From an uncultured Planctomycetaceae bacterium (lineage in GTDB: Bacteria > Planctomycetota > Planctomycetia > Pirellulales > PALSA-1355): a stretch of DNA of 64,000 nt. Positions 8,323-18,064 of this stretch are shown piece after piece. A program made the position numbers and the translations under genes. Location: NCBI GenBank assembly GCA_963785305.1, contig CAWAUV010000007.1:224001-288000 (forward strand), written 5' to 3'. Below the pieces are notes generated by a model. The model saw only the letters and a list, made by a program, of their open reading frames with translations. It was not told the origin of the DNA and searched no databases. Numbering within the stretch: the stretch's first letter is position 1; each line of letters opens with the position of its first letter.

Positions 8323-10257
8323 GTGCGCGGCGCGAAGCCGGAGGAGAGTAGCGAATGAAAGAGTCGCACGAGGCAAGGCCTAGCCAGCCACCTCGGCCTC
8401 GAGTGATGCGTCGTGTCGGGCAACTGGCAGGGCGAAGCGTTCACAGAGGCACGGCCGGGCGGTGTATCGAGCTCCGAAAACATTCTTTTGTGGCGGCCGA
8501 CCTTGTCCTGACCCCGTCGCTCGATACATGCGGGAAGGCAACAGTGATGTCGAACGATCATGGCGAGTCCGACGTCTCCCCCACGGAGTCCGGGACCACC
8601 CGCACGGCCGGAAACTTTTCTCGCGGAAGCCGGGAGATCCCGGGAACATCCGTTTCACCGGAAGCGGATCGGTCGGAGAAGGCGCGAGGCCACAAGTCCG
8701 ACATGCACGTTCCCGGGGAGTCAGACAGTTCCATAGTACCAAAGAAGCAGGCGAACAACGACAGCGTGCCGCTGTCGGCGGAGCCCGTGGAGGGAAGGGA
8801 GCTGACCGAGGAGAACGCCGAGCAGTCGCTACTGGACCGGACACAGCGCCGGGCTCCCAGGTCGCGCGGACTGCTGGGCGTGCGAGAAGCGGCACAACGC
8901 GACAAGAAGATGCGGTTCAACAATCTGCTGAACCATGTCACGCCCGAACTGCTGGTGGCGAGTTTCTTCGACCTGAAGAAGCAAGCCGCGCCCGGCGTCG
9001 ATGGCCTGACATGGGCTCAATACGCCACCGATTTCGAAACGCGGATCGACGATCCGCACAGTCGAATCCATCGGGGAGCCTATCGAGCCAGGCCGTCCAA
9101 GCGAACTTGGATTCCCAAGCTCGACGGCAAGCCGCGGCCCCTCGGGATCGCGGCGCTGGAGGACAAGATCGTCCAGCAAGCCGTACGGACGATCCTGGAG
9201 TGCATCTACGAAGAGGACTTTCTGGGTTTCAGTTACGGCTTTCGTCCTGGACGAAGCTGTCACCGAGCCTTGGACGCGCTCTACGTGGGCATCAAGAAGC
9301 GGAAAGTGAACTGGATTTTGGATGCGGACATCCGCGGCTTCTTCGACAACATCGACCACGCATGGTTGATGAAGTTCCTGGAGCATCGGATCGCCGACCG
9401 ACGACTGCTTCGGCTGCTGAAGAAATGGCTTCGAGCCGGAGTGTCGGAAGATGGCGAATGGTCCCCGAGCACCGTGGGAACACCTCAAGGAGCGGTGATT
9501 TCGCCGCTCTATTCGAACGTGTTCTTGCACTATGTTCTGGACCTGTGGCTGGTGGCGTGGCGGAAACGCCATGCCGTGGGCGAGGTCATCATCGTGCGCT
9601 ATGCGGACGATTTCGTAGTCGGATTCCGCGAGGAGTCCGACGCGCGACGCTGCCTGGCGGCGCTCCGGGAACGCTTCACCAAATTCGGTTTGGAACCGCA
9701 CCCGGAGAAGACGCGGCTGATCGAGTTCGGACGCTATGCGGCCGAACGACGATCGAAGCGTGGCGATGGCCCACCGGAGACATTCGACTTCCTGGGCTTC
9801 ACCCACATCAGTGGCGTGACCCGGAAGGGCGAATTCACCATTCGCCGCATCTCATCGGCCAAGAAGTTTCGTGGCAAACTGCGCGAACTGAAAGAAGCGC
9901 TGCGCGGGAAAATGCACATGGACTTGGCGCAAGTCGGGCCATGGCTATCGAGCGTTTACCGGGGATGGCTCAATTACCATGCGATTCCCGGCAACTCGGT
10001 GCGATTGCAACAATTCCGCACGGCGCTCCAGAAACTCTGGCTCCGCATGCTGCGGCGACGCAGCCAACGCGGACGCCGGATGACCTGGCGGAAGTTCTCG
10101 CAGCTTTGCAAACGATGGCTTCCCACCCCGAAAATCCTGCATCCTTATCCCGAAGTGCGGTTTGATCGTTTGTATCCAAGGTAGGAGCCGTATGCGGTAG
10201 TTCCGCACGTACGGATCTGTGCGGGGGGTGGCCCGAAAGGGCCATCCCTACCGCGAT
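8323..10257 (+). mobile_element. Group II intron, copy 2 (inverted relative to copy 1)
   Basis: GTGCG at 8323; DV/DVI at about 10185-10257 ending CGAT. I count about six differences from copy 1 by eye. Confidence 0.93.
8703..10184 (+). CDS. ltrA: Group II intron reverse transcriptase/maturase
   Basis: Same RT motifs including YADD; stop codon abuts DV. Confidence 0.93.
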   Translation: MHVPGESDSSIVPKKQANNDSVPLSAEPVEGRELTEENAEQSLLDRTQRRAPRSRGLLGVREAAQRDKKMRFNNLLNHVTPELLVASFFDLKKQAAPGVDGLTWAQYATDFETRIDDPHSRIHRGAYRARPSKRTWIPKLDGKPRPLGIAALEDKIVQQAVRTILECIYEEDFLGFSYGFRPGRSCHRALDALYVGIKKRKVNWILDADIRGFFDNIDHAWLMKFLEHRIADRRLLRLLKKWLRAGVSEDGEWSPSTVGTPQGAVISPLYSNVFLHYVLDLWLVAWRKRHAVGEVIIVRYADDFVVGFREESDARRCLAALRERFTKFGLEPHPEKTRLIEFGRYAAERRSKRGDGPPETFDFLGFTHISGVTRKGEFTIRRISSAKKFRGKLRELKEALRGKMHMDLAQVGPWLSSVYRGWLNYHAIPGNSVRLQQFRTALQKLWLRMLRRRSQRGRRMTWRKFSQLCKRWLPTPKILHPYPEVRFDRLYPR

Positions 10258-10332
10258 AAGTGTCAGTCGAATTGCCGGAACCGCAAATTTCCCGGCAAAA
10301 CCCAACCTTACCCGCCGATACACACCCCCTAA

Positions 10333-10419
10333 CGGATGGGGAGGGATTCGAACCCCCGGTACAGTTACCCGTACTGCAGTTTTCAAGACTGCCGCCTTAG
10401 TCCACTCGGCCACCCATCC
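10333..10419 (-). tRNA. tRNA-Ser(TGA)
   Basis: GGATGGGTGGCCGAGTGGACTAAGGC..CTTGAAA..long variable arm..GGTTCGAATCC; no encoded CCA. Confidence 0.95.
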
Positions 10420-10539
10420 AACGCTTGTTTTCTCGGTCTTTTTCGACGGAAGCCCTCCGGCTCCCTGCTAGCTTGCCACCCAATTTGGCGCCGGATAGCT
10501 TGCATGCTCCCCCGAGCAAGCATTGGAGCGATCAGGTCC

Positions 10540-10750
10540 ATGCCCAAGACTACCGCAAAACCGCGAGTCGGCAAACCCCGCCCGGATTTCCCGCCGTTTC
10601 CACGCGCTTCGGGCCGCTGGGCTAAGACGATTCTCGGTCGCTTCGTCTATTTTGGCAAGGTCGCCGATGGTTCGAAGGGCGAAGCGGCGCTCACCCTCTG
10701 GCTCGACCGGCGTGATGATTTGCCGGCCGGTCACAAGCCGCGGACAGCCA
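10540..10750 (+). pseudogene. N-terminal remnant of a planctomycete-type tyrosine integrase
   Basis: KPRPDFPPFPRASGRWAKTILGRFVYFGK..AALTLWLDRRDDLPAGHKPR resembles integrase N-termini from memory. No catalytic domain follows. Confidence 0.65.
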
Positions 10751-10851
10751 CGCGATGCCTCCCCGCCGATCGAGTTTTCGGGAGGGACGGGGACAACACG
10801 GATAGCATCTTTCTTTCGAGCACCTCGTAACCCGACATCACGAATTCGATC

Positions 10852-11239
10852 TTACGTGGGATCGCTTTTCCCATCGGATTGATTTTCCGGGAGGCACGGC
10901 AGCGTTTGCGCTTCGCCGCGCATTTTACTGAATGCCGCTTTCAGTTTTTCCGAAGTCTCACAACGCGCCACCGCGAAACCGGGCCAATTCGGAAAAGCTT
11001 TTCGCGCTGCTTCCCAAATATGGTTGCAGCGAATCAATCGGTGTTTCCGCAATCACGCTTGTGCGATAACGAAGCAAATAGCGTAAGATCGTATCACCGC
11101 CCGAGAAGTTTATGGGCTGTTCGTCCGACCATATCAAGGCGTCGCAAAATATGCTGTAATGTAAGGAAGCGCCACTGACGTGGCGCAAATTGTCTAAAAA
11201 TGGTGTTAAACGACTGATATCTTTATATGGGTCGTTCAT
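10852..11239 (-). CDS. Low-GC hypothetical protein (frameshifted), possible orphan immunity protein
   Basis: Two overlapping ORFs join as LLRYRTSVIAETP..WEAARKAFPNWPGFAVARCE; AT-rich relative to the surrounding genes. Confidence 0.45.
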
Positions 11240-11554
11240 GTTCGTTATTTCTAGACCATATCTTCAGACAGTCACCTATTTGCGGCGTGGTGTTGATTGT
11301 ACAAGATGATTGTCGTCTGGGGCGGGGGTGGGGAGGGACGCGTCGGCGTGATGTCTAGCGAACGTGGCCCGTGGGGCCGAAGAGCAGGGCCGCGGGGGGC
11401 AGGCCGTGAGCGCCGCGGGGACTGTCCGGGAGCGCGGCGGAAACAGGTCCGCGCGGCGGCGATTGCACTGGAGCACGAGCGGCAAGCGTTTTGGCCGTTC
11501 AGGCAAACGCCGAACGGCTGGCCGATTGGCCGGGCAGCCAGCGGCGGCCGAGGC

Positions 11555-11955
11555 TTGCTCCGAATATTCGCGGCTCGCGGAATAACGACTTAGGTCGTTA
11601 TTTTGACACCGTGTCCATACGGCGGCGCCTGTTGAATATTTCAACAGGCTGCTATGCGATCGCGCTCTTGGAAAGTAAGCTGACGAGACCATCGTCGGCA
11701 CTCCGTTCGCGAGGGAAAGCCGGCAAGACTTCGCCAATGGAAATGCCCGGCAATGCCTCGCGCGGAGTGAGGACACCGCCGCCGAAACGCGACGGCGACC
11801 AACAACGTGTTGAAGAACGCCGTCGTGGCATTTTCCAACCTCGCCAAGCGCCGAGCAAGGTTCGTCGCGGCTCGCAAAGAAACGATTTAAGTCCTTGTTT
11901 TGACACAATATCCCTGCGGCTCCTCGGCCTGTTGAATATTTCAACAGGCCGCTAA
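11555..11955. repeat. Two tandem copies of a ~155-bp palindromic MITE/REP family (family A)
   Basis: GCCTGTTGAATATTTCAACAGGC(T/C)GCTA at about 11627-11654 and 11927-11955, each preceded by CGCGGCTCGC..AACGA(C/T)TTA(G/A)GTC..TTTTGACAC. Confidence 0.8.
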
Positions 11956-12086
11956 CCCCGCTTCGCCACCTCCGACGATCCTCGAACGACGCAAGCCACG
12001 GAATAACATTTTCAAGGCCCTGGCGCCGGCGACCCGGCCGTTCCGACTCGCTTGCCTTTCACCCTTCAGCGCGGAGCCTAACAGCC

Positions 12087-13640
12087 ATGTTGAATCGCAT
12101 TTCGATGAATCCCACCTTCGTTCGGTCCGCGTCGAAGACATCGGGCGCGCGGCGCCCCGCGGCGTTCGAGTTGCGTCGGATATTGTTCGCGTGCTTGGCG
12201 ATCGCGCCTGGCCTCGCGCTTCGCCCGGCGATGGCGGCCGAGTCGGCGGCGCCGAGCTCGCCGCCGAATATCGTGGTGATCTTTTGCGACGACCTGGGCT
12301 ATGGCGACATCGGCCCGTTTGGCGCCAAGGGCCACGCGACGCCAAACCTCGATCGCATGGCGGCCGAGGGCATTCGCTTCACCCGGTTCTATGTTGCCCA
12401 GCCGGTGTGCTCCGCCTCACGAGCGGCGCTTATGACGGGCTGCTATTCGAGTCGGGTCAACATTTTCGGCGCTCTGGGTCCGAACTCGAAGATCGGCCTC
12501 AACCTGAACGAAACGACAATCGCGGAAGTCGCCAAACAGCGTGGCTATGCGACCGCGATCTTCGGAAAGTGGCATCTTGGCGACCGCCAACAATTCTTGC
12601 CGAAGCAGCAAGGCTTCGATGAATATCTGGGCCTACCCTATTCCAACGATATGTGGCCCGGCCGCTTCGCGCCGGGTCAACCCGAGGCCGATCCGAAGCG
12701 GCTAAAAAACGCCTATCCCCCGCTGCCGCTCATCGAGGGCGACGAGCCGAGGATTGCCGCCGTGACGGCCGACGACCAGCGGCAGCTCACGACTTGGTAC
12801 ACGGAGAGCGCCGTGAGCTTCATCGATCGTCATAAGGATCAGCCGTTCTTTCTCTATGTGCCGCATACCATGGTGCATGTTCCGCTGCATGTGAGCGACA
12901 AGTTCAAGGGCCATGCGTGCGATGGGCTCTATGGCGACGTGGTCGAGGAGCTTGACTGGTCGGTCGGCCAGATTTTGGCGGCGATCAAGAAAAACGGGCT
13001 CGACGAAAAGACGCTCGTGATGTTTACCTCCGACAATGGCCCCTGGCTCAACTACGGCAACCATGCCGGATCGGCTGGCCCCTTGCGCGAGGGCAAGGGC
13101 ACTTGTTGGGAGGGCGGGGTGCGCGAGCCGTTCGTTGCCCGCTGGCCTGGCAAGATTCCGGCCGGCAGCGTGTGCCAAGAGCCGGCGATGACGATCGATC
13201 TCTTGCCGACATTCGCCAAATTGATGGGCGCCAAGCTGCCTGACCGCAAGATCGATGGCCTCGACATCTGGCCGCTCTTGTCGGGCGATCCCGCGGCCAA
13301 GTCGCCGCATGACGCGTTTTATTTCTACTATCGCCAAAATGAGCTGCAGGCGGTGATGAGCGGCCCCTGGAAGCTGTATCTGCCGCATACCTATGTGACG
13401 CTGGCCGGCGGCGAAGGCGGTCGCGACGGCCGGCCCGTGCAATACAAGAATCGCAAGATCGAGCAGCCGGAGCTTTACAATGTGGTCGACGATATCGGGG
13501 AGAAGACGAATGTGGCGGCCGAGCATCCCGAGATCGTGAAGCGGCTCGAGGGCCATGCCGAAGAAGCGCGAGCCGAGCTTGGCGACTCGCTCACCAAGCG
13601 GCAAGGCAGCGGAGCGCGTCCGGTGGGCAGGGTCGAGTAA
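12087..13640 (+). CDS. Arylsulfatase (S1 family)
   Basis: PNIVVIFCDDLGYGD, CSASRAALMTG, GKWHLG, FTSDNG. Start may be further downstream. Confidence 0.95.
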   Translation: MLNRISMNPTFVRSASKTSGARRPAAFELRRILFACLAIAPGLALRPAMAAESAAPSSPPNIVVIFCDDLGYGDIGPFGAKGHATPNLDRMAAEGIRFTRFYVAQPVCSASRAALMTGCYSSRVNIFGALGPNSKIGLNLNETTIAEVAKQRGYATAIFGKWHLGDRQQFLPKQQGFDEYLGLPYSNDMWPGRFAPGQPEADPKRLKNAYPPLPLIEGDEPRIAAVTADDQRQLTTWYTESAVSFIDRHKDQPFFLYVPHTMVHVPLHVSDKFKGHACDGLYGDVVEELDWSVGQILAAIKKNGLDEKTLVMFTSDNGPWLNYGNHAGSAGPLREGKGTCWEGGVREPFVARWPGKIPAGSVCQEPAMTIDLLPTFAKLMGAKLPDRKIDGLDIWPLLSGDPAAKSPHDAFYFYYRQNELQAVMSGPWKLYLPHTYVTLAGGEGGRDGRPVQYKNRKIEQPELYNVVDDIGEKTNVAAEHPEIVKRLEGHAEEARAELGDSLTKRQGSGARPVGRVE

Positions 13641-13715
13641 GCGCCGATCCGAGAACTTCGTCGAGCCCTCGCCCTGCCCTCTCCCATAGGGGGAGAGGGG
13701 GAGTTGTCGGCTAGC
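13641..13715. repeat. Palindromic MITE/REP (family B)
   Basis: ATCCGAGAACTTC..CCCTCTCCC..GGGAGAGGG..GAGTTGTCGG; matches the reverse complement of 53576-53656. Confidence 0.7.
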
Positions 13716-13905
13716 AGTCTGTTGCAATATTCAACAGTCGGCTAGGCTCCAACAGCCCGTCGATTTATTCAGCGGGCTGCTAGATCGCATGGATGCGATC
13801 ACAAAATAGCGACGCAATTCGTTATTTTGCGAGCCGCGCGCGGCTTTGCGGCGTGCTTGGCGAGGTTGAAATAAGCCACGAGAGCTTATGTCAACGGACT
13901 GCTAA
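13711..13905. repeat. Family A repeat, opposite orientation, plus an extra core palindrome
   Basis: TAGCAGTCTGTTGCAATATTCAACAG; CAAAATAGCGACGCAATTCGTTATTTTGCGAGCCGCG..TTGGCGAGGTTGAAATAAGCCACGA, similar to the reverse complement of 11800-11955. Confidence 0.75.
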
Positions 13906-13919
13906 GGAGCATCGCGCGA

Positions 13920-14903
13920 TCAACCATCGACCGGCATTGCCAAGGCAAACGGCGTCGCCGCGTCCAGCGGTCCGACCGAGGCGGCCGAGAGATTGTAGGC
14001 GGCGAATTCGACCCGATTGCGGCCGTGGTCTTTCGCCTCGTAGAGGGCTTCGTCGGCTCGTTTGACCGCCAGCAGCCGATCGGCGGCGGGCTGGGGCGGA
14101 ATCACGGTGACGCCGAAGCTCGTCGTCACTTGCACCTGACCCATCGGGGTTTCGACGGTCATGCGTTCGACGGCCTGCCGCAGCCGCTCGGCATGGGCCG
14201 CGGCGTTGGTCTCGTCGCAGCCGGGTAGCACAATCAAGAATTCCTCGCCGCCGTAGCGACTCACGGCATCGTAGGGCCGCACGAGTCCGCGGAGCTTCTC
14301 GGCAACATCTTGCAACACGGCGTCGCCCGCCAAGTGTCCGTGCGTGTCGTTGATGCGTTTGAAGTGATCGATGTCGGCGAGCGCCAGGCCGATCGGCGCT
14401 CCGAGCCGCAGGGCGCGTGCCATTTCCACGCGCAGAATATCGTCGATGGCGGCGCGGTTCCACAGGCCGGTGAGCGGATCGCGCATCGCCATCTCGCGGA
14501 GCGCTTCTTTCGAGGCGATGAGTTGGTCTTGCAGAAAGAGGATGCGCTTGCCGGTATTGAGCCGCACTTTGAGCTCTTGGGCGTCGAACGGCTTGGTCAC
14601 ATAGTCGTCGGCGCCGGCTTCGAGGCCGCCGATCACGTCTTCTTGCGAATTCTTGGCGGTGAGCAACAGGATATAGGTATATCGCTCGGAGAGACGTTGG
14701 CGAATACGGCGGCACAATTGGGCGCCGTCCAAGCCGGGCATCATCCAATCGAGGACCACGAGCTTGGGAGCGTTTTCGCCTTCGAGCAGGCGCCATGCTT
14801 GATTGCCGTCTTCGGCCAAGATGACTTCGTAACCCCACTTGCTCAAATACAATTGGAGCGTGCGGCGTGAAACAACTTCGTCGTCCGCGACCAAGACTTT
14901 CAT
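13920..14903 (-). CDS. Response regulator diguanylate cyclase (REC-GGDEF)
   Basis: KVLVADDE, LDWMMPGLDG, DDYVTKPF, DIDHFKRIND, RPYD..RYGGEEF. Confidence 0.95.
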   Translation of the reverse strand: MKVLVADDEVVSRRTLQLYLSKWGYEVILAEDGNQAWRLLEGENAPKLVVLDWMMPGLDGAQLCRRIRQRLSERYTYILLLTAKNSQEDVIGGLEAGADDYVTKPFDAQELKVRLNTGKRILFLQDQLIASKEALREMAMRDPLTGLWNRAAIDDILRVEMARALRLGAPIGLALADIDHFKRINDTHGHLAGDAVLQDVAEKLRGLVRPYDAVSRYGGEEFLIVLPGCDETNAAAHAERLRQAVERMTVETPMGQVQVTTSFGVTVIPPQPAADRLLAVKRADEALYEAKDHGRNRVEFAAYNLSAASVGPLDAATPFALAMPVDG

Positions 14904-15166
14904 AGCTGCCTCGATGAAGAAACGTCGACCCGGCCTCGCGGCATTGCCGCGGGGCGATCCGAGAGCCATTGAAACATAGGTTCGGAAAGGCGCCCCGCGC
15001 GGGGAGGGGTGAGAAAAATGCCGCAATTCGTCGCCCGTGGCCTCGCGGCGCTGGCCGTTTTTGTAGACAGTCGTCGGCGGACGTCTACAATGAGGCCAGC
15101 GCGACGTTTAGTAGGCTGTTGAAACTCAACGGGTTGTTAACGTTACGCCGGGCGATTTTCGCGACC

Positions 15167-17578
15167 ATGCGACTTGGAGCGGCGACAATGCAATGGCGAA
15201 TGCTGAGTTTGACGGCAATGCTGATTTTGACCACGGCGGCGGCCGCGCGCGGCGCCGATGGACCCGACGCAACGCCCGACGCGCCGCCAGGCGAGCGGCC
15301 CGATGGCCCTCCCGGCGGACCCGCGCCCAAGGGCCCCGCCCCAGGCGCCTTTGAGCGAAACTTCGGGCAAGGCGATTTCGGGCCGGGCGCACTTTTTGCA
15401 ATCGTCGTGCTCTCGAAGGCCGACGCCGACAAAGATGACAAGCTCACGCCCGAAGAAGCCGCGGTTGCGGCCGAGCACTGGGTTCGCGACGCCGAGGGAC
15501 CTGCCCACGCCGGCTTGGACGCGGCCGGGCTCGCCGAGGCGATGATCGTGACCATGCCCGCGCCTCCCGAGGGCTCGCCTCCCGAAGCCACGCTGCCGCG
15601 GAGAATGTTCACGATGCTGACCTGGCAAATCCTCGCGGCGGCGGATGGGGACAAGAACGGCCGTCTTTCGCCCGACGAAGCGGCCTTGGCGGCGGCGCGA
15701 TTCGTGCGCGCCGCATCGCGGCCGGCGCCGCCGCGCGCGAACGCGGCGCCATCGCCACCGGCCGACGCAACCGTTGCGAGCCTTGATCGCGATGCGCTCG
15801 CGCGCGGCATTAACCGCGCGATCGGCGGTCCGGGCTTTGGCGGCCCGCGCCGCGATGCACTGAAGCTCGTGAAAAAGTTCGACACCAATGGCAACGGGCG
15901 GCTCGATCGCGAGGAGCGCGTGGCGGCGCGGGAGTTCGTCAAGAAAGAGCGCCCGGCCGGCGAGCGACGCGGATTTGGTCCACCGGGAGGCATGGCCGGC
16001 GGTCCTCCGGGTTCTGGCCCACCGGGCGGGTTTGGGCCGCCGGGATTCGGCCGCGCCGAGGAGCCGGTCAAGCTGGGGCCGCGGATCGGGCCATCGGGCG
16101 TGAAGACATTTCCCGGCGAACCGCTCTATGCGCCGCTTGTCCTGCGCACATTTTTCTTAACCTTCGAAGACGACGATTGGGAAGCCGAACTCGAGGAATT
16201 TCACGATACCGATGTCGAGCTACCGGCCCAGCTCATGGTCGATGGTCGCACATATACCGGTGTCGGAGTGCATTTCCGCGGCATGTCGTCGTATGGCATG
16301 GTGCCGGCCGGCCACAAGCGTTCGCTCAACGTGTCGCTCGACTTCGTCGATCCCGAGCAGCGTCTCCAGGGCTACAAAACGCTCAACTTGCTGAATTCAC
16401 ATGAAGACCCGACCTTCATGCACACGGTGCTCTACTTCGACATTGCCCGCCACTACATTCCCGCTCCGCAAGCGAACTACGCTCGCGTGGTCGTGAACGG
16501 CGAAAGCTGGGGGCTCTATGTCAATGCCCAGCAGTTCGACAAGAAGTTCGTCGAGGAAAACGGAGGCGGTAAAGGCGCCCGTTGGAAAGTGCGCGGAAGT
16601 CCCGGCGGCGGAGGTGGGCTCGAGTACTTGGGCGAGAATGTGGCCGACTATAAACGTCGCTACGAAATCAAATCAAAAGACAACGACGCCGATTGGAAGG
16701 CGTTTATCGCGCTTTGCAAGACACTCAACGAAACTCCGCCCGACCGATTGGCCGAGGCAACTCGCCCGCTCCTCGATGTCGATGGCGCGCTCTGGTTCTT
16801 GGCGCTCGACAATGCGCTGATCAACTGCGATGGCTACTGGATCCGGGCCAGCGACTACACGATCTATCGCGACGCTAAGAGCAAGTTTCACATCGTGCCC
16901 CACGACGCCAACGAAACATTTCAGCCCGGCATGGGTCCTGGCTTCGGCGGACCCGGCCGCGGCGGTCCCGGCTTTGGCGGAGCGGCATTTGGTGGACAGG
17001 GCCGCGGGGCTCCGCGAGTGGCAAGCGATGCCGGGGGCCCCGACAAAGGACGCGGCGACGCGACTCGGCCCGATGCGGGACCGCCCGACTCGCGCCGCGC
17101 GGAAGCGCGGCGCGGCGCCGAGCTAGCGCGAAATCCGATCGAGATCGATCCGCTGATTGGTCTCGACGATCCCCGGAAACCGCTGCGGAGCAAGCTGCTG
17201 GCCGTGCCCGAATTTCGCGAGCAGTATTTGGCGCATGTCCGCGCGATCGCTGAAAAATGGCTGGATTGGAACACGCTCGGCCCCATGGTGGCGCGATATC
17301 GAGAATTGATCGAGCCTGAAATCGCGGCCGACACGCGCAAGCTCTCGTCGTTGGCCGCATTCGAGCGCGCGGTGGCCGACGGCGCCGAAACGCCCTCGGC
17401 AAATACTCGATCGGCGAATGGCGCGTCGCCGGTCGCAAAGCCGGGGGCGCCCAGTCCCGCGGAGCCGCCCCGCGGTCGCGAACTGCCTAGCTTGCGAGCG
17501 TTTGCCGAGGCGCAACGCGCGTATTTGCTGAATTATCCCGAAATCAAGAACCTGCCACGCTCGCCAGCCGCCGAATGA
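15167..17578 (+). CDS. Secreted CotH-kinase family protein with EF-hand-like motifs and Gly/Pro-rich linkers
   Basis: Signal peptide; DADKDDKLT, DGDKNGRLS, DTNGNGRLD; VGVHFRGMSS, KTLNLLN, NGESWGLY, PHDANETF. Confidence 0.85.
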   Translation: MRLGAATMQWRMLSLTAMLILTTAAAARGADGPDATPDAPPGERPDGPPGGPAPKGPAPGAFERNFGQGDFGPGALFAIVVLSKADADKDDKLTPEEAAVAAEHWVRDAEGPAHAGLDAAGLAEAMIVTMPAPPEGSPPEATLPRRMFTMLTWQILAAADGDKNGRLSPDEAALAAARFVRAASRPAPPRANAAPSPPADATVASLDRDALARGINRAIGGPGFGGPRRDALKLVKKFDTNGNGRLDREERVAAREFVKKERPAGERRGFGPPGGMAGGPPGSGPPGGFGPPGFGRAEEPVKLGPRIGPSGVKTFPGEPLYAPLVLRTFFLTFEDDDWEAELEEFHDTDVELPAQLMVDGRTYTGVGVHFRGMSSYGMVPAGHKRSLNVSLDFVDPEQRLQGYKTLNLLNSHEDPTFMHTVLYFDIARHYIPAPQANYARVVVNGESWGLYVNAQQFDKKFVEENGGGKGARWKVRGSPGGGGGLEYLGENVADYKRRYEIKSKDNDADWKAFIALCKTLNETPPDRLAEATRPLLDVDGALWFLALDNALINCDGYWIRASDYTIYRDAKSKFHIVPHDANETFQPGMGPGFGGPGRGGPGFGGAAFGGQGRGAPRVASDAGGPDKGRGDATRPDAGPPDSRRAEARRGAELARNPIEIDPLIGLDDPRKPLRSKLLAVPEFREQYLAHVRAIAEKWLDWNTLGPMVARYRELIEPEIAADTRKLSSLAAFERAVADGAETPSANTRSANGASPVAKPGAPSPAEPPRGRELPSLRAFAEAQRAYLLNYPEIKNLPRSPAAE

Positions 17579-17898
17579 CGCGGCCGGGAAACTTTGTGAT
17601 TGTCGGCGACCCACGCGACTCGGCATGATAGGGTCATCGGGGGCCCTTGGGGCCCTTGGGACTTGGCGATCGACGGGCCTTTTCGAGTTTGGGCCGGCCT
17701 GCTAAACTTCCCCCTCGTCGCGTCCATGCGGCGGCTCGGCCTGTTGAATAATTTCAGCGGGTTGCTGGGCGGGGCATCGGCCGCCTGGGCGCGGGAGGCG
17801 TGCGCACTGTCGCCGCGCGACCCGGCGATCCGGATTTTTGCCTGGGGACCGTGGTCGGCGCGGCGCGAAATTCGGGTTACGATGAATCAGATGCGATT

Positions 17899-17971
17899 GG
17901 GGCGGTAGCTCAGTTGGGAGAGCGCTGCGTTCGCAATGCAGAGGTCGAGGGTTCGACTCCCTTCCGCTCCA
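17899..17971 (+). tRNA. tRNA-Ala(CGC)
   Basis: GGGGCGGTAGCTCAGTTGGGAGAGC..TTCGCAA..GGTTCGACTCC..CCGCTCCA. Confidence 0.95.
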
Positions 17972-17976
17972 CATAT

Positions 17977-18014
17977 AAGCCCTTTCGTGACCACGGGTCA
18001 CGAAAGGGCTTTTT
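17977..18014 (+). terminator. Intrinsic terminator after tRNA-Ala
   Basis: 16-bp stem AAGCCCTTTCGTGACC/GGTCACGAAAGGGCTT followed by a T run. Confidence 0.85.
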
Positions 18015-18064
18015 GCCTTCATACGACCCTCTGACCAACGGAGCGAGGGGGTAAGTTGTCGGAG

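Noticed and set aside
3135..10184. RTs as DGR, retron or defence RTs acting on the Rhs paralogues
   Set aside because: Both have complete group II intron boundaries and DV/DVI, and the differences between the Rhs copies do not look adenine-specific.
3062..10257. Intron duplication as an assembly artefact
   Set aside because: The copies differ by several substitutions and have distinct, precise exon junctions.
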